Source of the DNA: Spirochaetia bacterium
Lineage (GTDB): Bacteria; Spirochaetota; Spirochaetia; SZUA-6; Fen-1364
Reading direction: 5' to 3'
Assembly: GCA_049515135.1 (NCBI GenBank)
Contig: JBEKUJ010000020.1
Coordinates: 257-64,256, forward strand
DNA: 64,000 nt
Both the position numbers and the translations under genes were made by a program. Position 1 is the stretch's first letter, and each line of letters opens with the position of its first letter. A model generated the notes under the pieces. The model saw only the letters and a program-made list of their open reading frames with translations, was not told the origin of the DNA and searched no databases. Below are positions 55,142 to 64,000 of the stretch, in pieces.

Positions 55142-56236
55142 ATGAGAAAGCTTGTCCTGGTCGTCATTGCCCTGCTTGCCCTTTTTGCGCTGTTCCGCGC
55201 GTACTCGGAGGACGCAGCGCAAGGGCTGGCTGGCATCAGGCTCCAGCCCGGCCTTGTCGAGGTAGGAGACGGCACGTCGAGCCTCGGTTTGTCCTTTGGC
55301 CTCATGGAAAAATCCGGCGACCGATCAGGACTGGTGAGCGTCCTTCCTCTCAGGGTGGTCTACCGAAACGGCGACAAGAGCGTCTCCGTCGGCCTGAACG
55401 GGGTTGCTTTCCTCCTGGGAGGCGGCGCAAGCATCGGTGCTCCCGTTGTCGTCAGCGCGCTCCACAGGGGGGACGTCCTCAGCGTGGGAGGCCCCGTGAC
55501 CGTGGACTCGCGCGTCGAAGGGGATGTCTGGGTGCTGGGCGCAGATGCAGAGCTGACGCCGCGCGCCGAGGTGACCGGCGATGTCGTTGTCATAGGCGGG
55601 AAGCTGACCGCAAGCCCGCACGCTGCAGTGGGCGGGACGGTCAGCCAGCTTGCGGGCCTGAAGGTCCCCTTCCTCGGCGTCCTGGGCACGCAGTTCTCCG
55701 CGCAAGCCCTCGGCCTGGCGGGCATCGCACTTGGCTATGTCCTCTTCGGCTTCGCGCTTTTCATGAGCTCTTTCTATCTTGCCGCGCACACGCGTCAGAT
55801 GCAGCAGGCAATGCCTCTGCTGTGGCGGCAGACTCTGATCACCCTTGCAATTTCCCTGGTCGTGATTCCCCTGGTCACATTCCTCGTCATCGCCTCCGTG
55901 GTGGGCGTTCTGCTCTTGCCCCTGCTGTTTCTGGCGATCTTCCTTCTGGCTTTGGACGGATACCTCGCCCTCTGCGTCAAGGTGGGAGCCTGGGTACGCT
56001 CTTCCGCCGGCCGAGCGGGCGAAGATTCCCTGTACCTGTTCACCTCGGGCCTTCTTGCTTTGTTTCTGGTGAATGTGCCCGCCCTGGTGGGCATCCTGCT
56101 GACTGCGTTGCGGTCCGTTACAACTGCCCGGATCGGGACCCTGCTCCAGGCGGTGACCCTGGGACTCACCGTTGCCGGGCTGGCCTACGGCTTCGGAACG
56201 TCCCTCGCGCAAGCCAGGTCGAGAGTGGCGCGGTAG
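55142..56236 (+). CDS. membrane protein with an N-terminal beta-helix (bactofilin/DUF583-like) repeat region and a polytopic C-terminus
   Basis: ORF 55103..56236. ATG 55142 gives the signal-like MRKLVLVVIALLALFALF. Repeats GDVLSVGGPVTVDSRVEGDVWVLGADAELTPRAEVTGDVVVIGGKLTASPHAAVGGTV, followed by about 5 TM helices. Confidence 0.6.
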   Translation: MRKLVLVVIALLALFALFRAYSEDAAQGLAGIRLQPGLVEVGDGTSSLGLSFGLMEKSGDRSGLVSVLPLRVVYRNGDKSVSVGLNGVAFLLGGGASIGAPVVVSALHRGDVLSVGGPVTVDSRVEGDVWVLGADAELTPRAEVTGDVVVIGGKLTASPHAAVGGTVSQLAGLKVPFLGVLGTQFSAQALGLAGIALGYVLFGFALFMSSFYLAAHTRQMQQAMPLLWRQTLITLAISLVVIPLVTFLVIASVVGVLLLPLLFLAIFLLALDGYLALCVKVGAWVRSSAGRAGEDSLYLFTSGLLALFLVNVPALVGILLTALRSVTTARIGTLLQAVTLGLTVAGLAYGFGTSLAQARSRVAR

Positions 56237-56239
56237 CCA

Positions 56240-59029
<2,790 letters not shown>

Positions 59030-59053
59030 GCAGGCAATGTACCCCCCAGGAGA

Positions 59054-59082
59054 TTGACAGGTCAAGGGAAGGCAGCTACCAT
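59054..59082 (+). promoter_or_regulatory. sigma70-type promoter directly abutting the lipoprotein start codon
   Basis: TTGACA (59054-59059), 17 nt, TACCAT (59077-59082). The ATG lies at 59093 with no Shine-Dalgarno sequence in between. Confidence 0.4.
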
Positions 59083-59092
59083 GGGCGCGTAG

Positions 59093-60370
59093 ATGTCGCG
59101 CCGCGCTTTCAGAGCCTCCCCTGTCCTTGCAATCCTCGTGGCAATTTCCCTCCTGTCGCTGTTTGCGTGCCAGAAAAAGGAAATCGAGGAGCTGATGGGA
59201 ACCGAGCTGTTCTCTCTTTCCCTGGGAAAGCTCGACAACCAGATCGATCTGTTCCCGTCGGCGAGCGGGAATATTGAAAAAAAGACGAGCGTTACCATGA
59301 GGGACGGGTGGTTCTACATCGCGAATGGGAGCTCGGGCAAGGTGATGGTTTTTTCCTCGTACGGCGACCTGATATTCCTCCTGTACAACCCGTCCACGAA
59401 CCCTGTTCCGCTCTTCATGAATCAGGCGGCCGCGGGCGCACCGGGAAACGCCGCGGGCGCACCGGACAAGTCCTCCGCTGACGACATCGTGAGAACGCGC
59501 GGGGCGGTCAGCTATCCCTTCCTCGACCTCGGCGAGATCGCCGTGGCAAGCGACAGGACGCTCTATGTCGAGGACGGGGTCACTGAAGCCAAGGTCGTAA
59601 AGGACGGCACGCACGGAGTGCTCCTCACGCGCGTCATCCTCCGTTTTGACCGAAAGGGAAAATTCGAGGGCTACCTGGGACAGGAGGGAATCGGAGGAAC
59701 TCCGTTCCCCTACATCATGGCAATGCACGTCACGGCGAATGACCAGCTGGTGGTGGTGACGCGCCTGCCTCAGTCCTGGGAAGTCTTCTGGTACTCCCGG
59801 GACGGGACGCTGCTCTATGAGGTGGAGATCGACTCCACGCACCTTCCCGTGACTGTTGAGAAGGGGGTGACTCCGTCCCTGGTCAACATCATCCCCGACA
59901 TGCAGAACCCGTTCCTCTATCTCGCGATCTACCTGTACCGCGAGCCGGCAGATGATCTCTCGCGTCCCAATTCCGCGCAGGAAAACAGCGTCGTCTCGCG
60001 GGTGTACCGCCTGAACCTCCGGACCCGCCAGTATGAATCCTTTGTCGAGCTGCCGCAGAATCCTCCCCGAAAGGAGACGGCCGGTCTCAAGACTACGGAG
60101 ATACCCGCGCCCCCCAGTGACCTGATCGGCGTCAGCGCAAACGGGTTCTATTACCTCCTCGGCTTTGCCGACTCCAATCTCTATACGCTGCAGATCCTCG
60201 ACCCGGCAGGAAGGGTGAGGGCCCGGCGCTACATGGTCATTGAGGACTCCGAGCTCAGCTTCCGCGACCTTCGGCTCTCGCCGACCGGGCTGGTGTACGG
60301 CCTCCTGGTGGACCAGACAAAGGCGCACGTTACCTGGTGGAGATCCGATCTGCTCCTGAAAGGGGACTGA
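59093..60370 (+). CDS. hypothetical lipoprotein
   Basis: Signal peptide plus lipobox [26 protein letters not shown]. 425 aa, beta-rich, no family recognised. Confidence 0.7.
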   Translation: MSRRAFRASPVLAILVAISLLSLFACQKKEIEELMGTELFSLSLGKLDNQIDLFPSASGNIEKKTSVTMRDGWFYIANGSSGKVMVFSSYGDLIFLLYNPSTNPVPLFMNQAAAGAPGNAAGAPDKSSADDIVRTRGAVSYPFLDLGEIAVASDRTLYVEDGVTEAKVVKDGTHGVLLTRVILRFDRKGKFEGYLGQEGIGGTPFPYIMAMHVTANDQLVVVTRLPQSWEVFWYSRDGTLLYEVEIDSTHLPVTVEKGVTPSLVNIIPDMQNPFLYLAIYLYREPADDLSRPNSAQENSVVSRVYRLNLRTRQYESFVELPQNPPRKETAGLKTTEIPAPPSDLIGVSANGFYYLLGFADSNLYTLQILDPAGRVRARRYMVIEDSELSFRDLRLSPTGLVYGLLVDQTKAHVTWWRSDLLLKGD

Positions 60371-60372
60371 CG

Positions 60373-61884
60373 ATGAAGGTCGTGAGCTCGGAGGCCATGG
60401 CGCAGATCGATCGACTGGCCCAGGACGAGTTCGCGATTCCCTCCCTTCTCCTCATGGAAGACGCGGGCGTAAGCGCCTGGTCATTGTTCGTCCGCAGGGC
60501 GTGCGCGGGCAGGCTCCCCAGGAAGCCTCTGGTGTTCGTTGCCGGCAAAGGGAACAACGGCGGTGATGCCCTGGTCATGGCCCGACGCGCTCTCTGCCAG
60601 GGGTTGTCCAGCCTCTCGGTTGTCCTTGCGGACGGAAGACCTCAGAAGGGCGGGGTCCCAGCGCAGATGCTCGATATTTGCGAGGCATATGGCGTGGAAT
60701 GCCTGTCCTGGCCGGAACAGCGGGAGGCGGTAGTTTCGAGGCTGCGCGAGGCCGCCTGGATCCTGGACGGGATAGCCGGCACGGGGCTGCGGGGCGGGCT
60801 TCGGGCTCCCGCATCCGAGCTTGTCAGCGCAATAAACGCCTCTGCGGGAAAAAGGGCGGGCATCGATGTGCCCAGCGGCGTATCGGATTCCTTCGATCCA
60901 GCCTGGCCCGCGGTGCGCTGCGACGTTACACTTACGATGGGTCTTCCCAAGTCCTGCCTCTACCTCCCTCACGCTCGGGTGCTGTGTGGAAGGATCCTGG
61001 TCGTGCCGGTGGGCTTCCCGCCGGCCCTCGTGAATGACCCTGCGCTTCCCGGGGAAATCCTCCAGTTCAACGCCTGGCGCAGACTGCTTTCGCCCATCCC
61101 GCCGGACACGCACAAAGGAAGACGCGGACACCTCGCGGTGTTTGCCGGCTCGCCGGGAACCACGGGCGCGGCCTGGCTCTCCGCAACGGCGGCTGCCAGG
61201 TGCAGGCTCGGCCTGGTGAGCCTGCACGTGGGGCGCGACATCTATCCCATCCTGGCGCAGAAGGCCACCTCCGTCATGGTGAAGCCGTGGGACGAGCCGC
61301 AGCCTCCTGACTGGGGAGGGCTCGATCAGGGCGCCTACACGGGCTTCCTGGTCGGCCCGGGATGGGGACTGGCGGAAGGGCGGGAGCGATGGCTGGAGCA
61401 CCTTCTCTCAAGGGAGGCTTCGGGGGTCATCGACGCTGACGGAATCACCCTCCTGTCGCGGATAGCGGGGCGCGCTCAGGTAAAGGCCGGCGGGCGGTGG
61501 GTCCTGACGCCGCATCCGGGGGAGTTCGCACGCATCAGCGGAGTCCCGCGGGACCAGGTTCTCAGGGACCCGGTTCGCCATGCCGTGGAGCTGTCGTCCC
61601 GACTTGATGCCGTGATTGTCCTCAAGGGCCATTGCACCATCGTAGCGTCGCCGGCTGGAAAATACTGGATCATCGACGGTCCGAATCCTGCCCTTGCCAC
61701 CGGCGGGTCCGGCGACGTGCTGGCAGGTCTCATTGCAGCAGGCATCGCCGGCGGAATGGGCCCGCTGGATGCGGCGCTGTTCGGCGTCTCGCTGCATGCC
61801 TCCATCGGCCGTCAGGCGCGCCGACACATGGGCTGGTTCCTGGCAGAGGACCTGGTACCGTTCGTCTCGCGCATGTTGCGTTGA
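60373..61884 (+). CDS. nnr: bifunctional NAD(P)H-hydrate repair enzyme Nnr (epimerase + ADP-dependent dehydratase)
   Basis: ORF 60337..61884. ATG 60373 follows the preceding stop. Yje[20 protein letters not shown]-terminal carbohydrate-kinase domain [37 protein letters not shown]. Confidence 0.9.
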   Translation: MKVVSSEAMAQIDRLAQDEFAIPSLLLMEDAGVSAWSLFVRRACAGRLPRKPLVFVAGKGNNGGDALVMARRALCQGLSSLSVVLADGRPQKGGVPAQMLDICEAYGVECLSWPEQREAVVSRLREAAWILDGIAGTGLRGGLRAPASELVSAINASAGKRAGIDVPSGVSDSFDPAWPAVRCDVTLTMGLPKSCLYLPHARVLCGRILVVPVGFPPALVNDPALPGEILQFNAWRRLLSPIPPDTHKGRRGHLAVFAGSPGTTGAAWLSATAAARCRLGLVSLHVGRDIYPILAQKATSVMVKPWDEPQPPDWGGLDQGAYTGFLVGPGWGLAEGRERWLEHLLSREASGVIDADGITLLSRIAGRAQVKAGGRWVLTPHPGEFARISGVPRDQVLRDPVRHAVELSSRLDAVIVLKGHCTIVASPAGKYWIIDGPNPALATGGSGDVLAGLIAAGIAGGMGPLDAALFGVSLHASIGRQARRHMGWFLAEDLVPFVSRMLR

Positions 61885-61891
61885 GGATTGC

Positions 61892-62428
61892 ATGAAGCAC
61901 CCCGTCCTGCGGGTGAAAAAAGGAACGGAAAGCTACGACGATCGTGAGGACAAGCTTGCCGAAGCCGGCGCGGAGGCGGCGCGGGAACGCCGCCCGACTG
62001 CCCGGCCCGAAAAGCGGCGCACGGCTTCGTTCCTGCGGATCCGCCGCGGCTCTCTGCTGCCGCTTTTCATACTGATCCTGATAGCGGCCGTCATTCTGCG
62101 GGTCCTGCCAAGGTCTGCGTCACGCGCGACCATTGATGGCTGGCACGTGCTGCTTGAGGCAAGGGTGTCGGGAGACACCCTGGATGTGGGGGTGGCTTTC
62201 TCCCGGCTCAATCCTGGCAGGGCCGGGACAGGCATGCCGCGGGCAGTCTCAGTTCTTTTCATTCTGCCTGAGACCGGCCAGCAGACCGAGGCTTCCGGGG
62301 CCCTTTCTGATTCGAGGTTTGCGCTCCTGAGCCGCATGCGGTATGAGGCCTCGGTGAAGACGCTCAGGGCAATTGTGCGCATCGACGGCCAGTCGCGAGC
62401 CCTTTTCCTTCCCATCCGCGGTCCTTGA
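61892..62428 (+). CDS. hypothetical single-pass membrane protein (178 aa)
   Basis: Internal ATG 61892 of ORF 61694..62428 lies just after the nnr stop. Basic N-terminus, TM LLPLFILILIAAVILRVL. No family recognised. Confidence 0.5.
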   Translation: MKHPVLRVKKGTESYDDREDKLAEAGAEAARERRPTARPEKRRTASFLRIRRGSLLPLFILILIAAVILRVLPRSASRATIDGWHVLLEARVSGDTLDVGVAFSRLNPGRAGTGMPRAVSVLFILPETGQQTEASGALSDSRFALLSRMRYEASVKTLRAIVRIDGQSRALFLPIRGP

Positions 62429-62449
62429 CTGACGGTCTGCCGACTCCCT

Positions 62450-62887
62450 ATGATTGCTCCACGGTCGGGGAGGGGAATGATGCTGCAGTTTTATTTTCTT
62501 TCCATAGTAAGCAATCTCCTCGCAGGAGTGTCCCTGTCCGCGGACTGGATTGCTCAGAAGGTTGCGGGGTTCGCCCCCATCGCCGCGGCGCTGTCCGGTC
62601 GAAGGGCAAAGCTGATTTCGGGGCTTGCCTCTCTCCTTGTGGGGTTCGGAACGCTCTTCGTCCCTGTGGAGGGACCGCTGATCCTTGGTGATCTGTTTCC
62701 TTCTGTCATGGGCATGGCAATGGGCATTGCACTCTTGTTCGAGGTGTTTCGTCAGGACGCCGTGCTCCCGGTGGAACGCTCAGAAAAATCGGATCGGCCC
62801 CCGGTGGGCTATCGAACCACCCTGGGAATGCTCGGGATAGCGGCCGCCGTCCTGCACTTTTTCCTGCCTGAGAGGCCGTTTTTATAA
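62450..62887 (+). CDS. hypothetical polytopic membrane protein (~135-145 aa)
   Basis: Four hydrophobic segments (LQFYFLSIVSNLLAGVSL, LISGLASLLVGFGTLFV, LFPSVMGMAMGIALLFEVF, LGMLGIAAAVLHFFL). A start at ATG 62477 is also possible. Confidence 0.5.
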   Translation: MIAPRSGRGMMLQFYFLSIVSNLLAGVSLSADWIAQKVAGFAPIAAALSGRRAKLISGLASLLVGFGTLFVPVEGPLILGDLFPSVMGMAMGIALLFEVFRQDAVLPVERSEKSDRPPVGYRTTLGMLGIAAAVLHFFLPERPFL

Positions 62888-63006
62888 TCAGGGATCGCCC
62901 TGGGAGCCTATCGGGTGATGGCACGACTGACCCGGACGGACACGTCTACCGGATACGGGAATACCCGTTCGGCGAATACGCCGTAGCGCGCTTGGCGCGC
63001 TCCGGG

Positions 63007-64000
63007 CTAGTCTTTCTTCTCTTCCGCTTTTGCCGCCTGCGCAGCCTTGATTACGTCATCAGCAATCTTGCCGGAGATCGGGCTGTAGTGGTCGAACTCC
63101 AGCTCGAATGATGCCGTGCCCGCGGTGAGCGCCTTGAGGTCGATGGCATAGTGCATCAGCTCTGCCTGCGGCACCTGCGCCTTGATCTCCTCGATTCCTC
63201 CTCCGATCGGGTTCTGTCCCTGGACCTTTCCCCTCTTGGAGCTGAGGTCCGACAGAACGGAACCAAGGTACTGATCGTCCACGTACACGGTGAGATTGCA
63301 CACCGGCTCCAGGAGCACCGGCTTGGCGTTTCGCATGCATTCGCGGAATGCTTCACGGGCTGCAAGCTTGAAGGCGAGCTCGGAGGAGTCCACCGGGTGC
63401 TCCTTGCCGTCCACGACGCGCGCCTCCACGTCAACCACGGGATAGCCTGCCAGGACCCCTGCCTCCATGGCCTCGATGACCCCTTTCTCCACGCCGGGGA
63501 TGTAGCCCCGGGAGATGGAGCCGCCGAAGATGGCATTTGTGAACTTGTATTTCTCCCCGCGCGGGATCGGATTCACCTCGAGGGAAACCTTGGCATACTG
63601 CCCATGACCGCCGGTCTGCTTCTTGTGCGTGTATTCGGCGTCTGCCTTCCCCTGGATGGTCTCCCGGTAGGCCACGCGCGGAATCTTGGTCTCCATGTCG
63701 ATCTTCTGGTTTTCCCTGATCTTGTCCAGAATCATGGAGATGTGCAGCTCTCCCATTCCCGAGATGACCGTTTCCTTTGTCTCCTTTTCATAGGAGACGC
63801 GGAAGGTCAGGTCTTCTTCCATGATCTTCTGCATGGCCTGGTTCATCTTATCCTCGTCCTTCTTGGCCTTGGCCGAAATGGCAAGCGAATGGACGGGAGT
63901 CGGCAGCTCAAGGTGCGGATAGACGATGGGGGCATCCGGAGCGTGCAGGGTGTCGTTGGTTCGAAGAGATGCGCTCTTGGTGAAAAGGCCGATGTCCCCG
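63007..64000 (-). CDS. elongation factor G family GTPase, C-terminal part (gene continues beyond the right edge)
   Basis: The frame stays open upstream of the track's Met to the window end (..PTPVHSLAISAKAKKDEDKMNQAMQKIMEEDLTF..). Domains IV and V: HKKQTGGHGQYAKV, VDSSELAFKLAAREAF, LLEPV. Deviates from canonical EF-G (HKKQSGGRGQYGHV), so it may be an EF-G paralogue. Confidence 0.85.
   Translation of the reverse strand, partial: GDIGLFTKSASLRTNDTLHAPDAPIVYPHLELPTPVHSLAISAKAKKDEDKMNQAMQKIMEEDLTFRVSYEKETKETVISGMGELHISMILDKIRENQKIDMETKIPRVAYRETIQGKADAEYTHKKQTGGHGQYAKVSLEVNPIPRGEKYKFTNAIFGGSISRGYIPGVEKGVIEAMEAGVLAGYPVVDVEARVVDGKEHPVDSSELAFKLAAREAFRECMRNAKPVLLEPVCNLTVYVDDQYLGSVLSDLSSKRGKVQGQNPIGGGIEEIKAQVPQAELMHYAIDLKALTAGTASFELEFDHYSPISGKIADDVIKAAQAAKAEEKKD

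Noticed and set aside
59030-60328. 433-aa N-terminal extension of the secA ORF in the track (1362 aa in total)
   Set aside because: SecA homology begins at MLQNILTF (59029). The extension overlaps the plus-strand lipoprotein gene, which has a clean signal peptide and lipobox.
62888-63006. Convergent spacer between the membrane-protein gene and the EF-G-like gene, examined for a terminator or small RNA
   Set aside because: Only short stems are present (AGCGCGC-TTG-GCGCGCT at 62985-63001; ACGGG-AATA-CCCGT at 62955-62968), with no U-tracts. That is insufficient to call a terminator or an RNA gene.

Overview
High-GC (clearly above 60% except at the extreme left edge) chromosomal core segment organised like a spirochaete genome. 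No search tools were used. All calls rest on reading the translated ORFs for family motifs, start/stop geometry and synteny remembered from Borrelia, Treponema and Bacillus.

Gene content, left to right:
- A SAM methyltransferase, then a GHKL-like/HDOD protein lying tail to tail with a minus-strand STAS / small protein / DUF1820-like operon.
- A minimal dcw cluster: mraZ-rsmH-ftsL-murF-mraY-ftsW-ftsQ-ftsA-ftsZ.
- A tyrosine recombinase, then dprA-topA-xerC-hslV-hslU.
- One roughly 29 kb flagellar/chemotaxis operon: flgB-flgC-fliE-fliF-fliG-fliH-fliI-fliJ-flbB-fliK-flgD-flgE-flbD-fliL-fliM-fliY-fliO-fliP-fliQ-fliR-flhB-flhA-flhF-flhG-hyp-fliA-fapA(DUF342)-hyp-hyp-cheW-cheA-cheY, ending at a bidirectional terminator.
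- A convergent minus-strand operon of a class B PBP and a Maf/DUF115 protein.
- Two tandem LysM-M23 peptidases plus a beta-helix-repeat membrane protein.
- secA (minus strand), a lipoprotein, nnr, two small membrane proteins and the 3' part of an EF-G family gene.

No rRNA, tRNA, CRISPR array, transposase or recognisable defence system was seen, so this is mostly housekeeping DNA.

Main points worth a second look:
1. FlgE has Lys165 and Asn179 but Ser instead of the cross-linking Cys178, and contains no cysteine at all.
2. motA/motB are missing from their usual flbD-fliL slot.
3. Both CheC-type phosphatase sites of FliY have lost the catalytic Asn.
4. The only class B PBP lies outside the dcw cluster and its stop overlaps the start of a Maf-family gene.
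5. An M23-M23-beta-helix membrane protein locus could be a cell-shape module.
6. There is a GHKL-HDOD fusion next to a STAS gene.
7. Several uncharacterised genes are embedded around fliA.
8. Structured GC-rich spacers sit inside the flagellar operon.

The many long antisense ORFs in the track are judged to be GC-driven artefacts.
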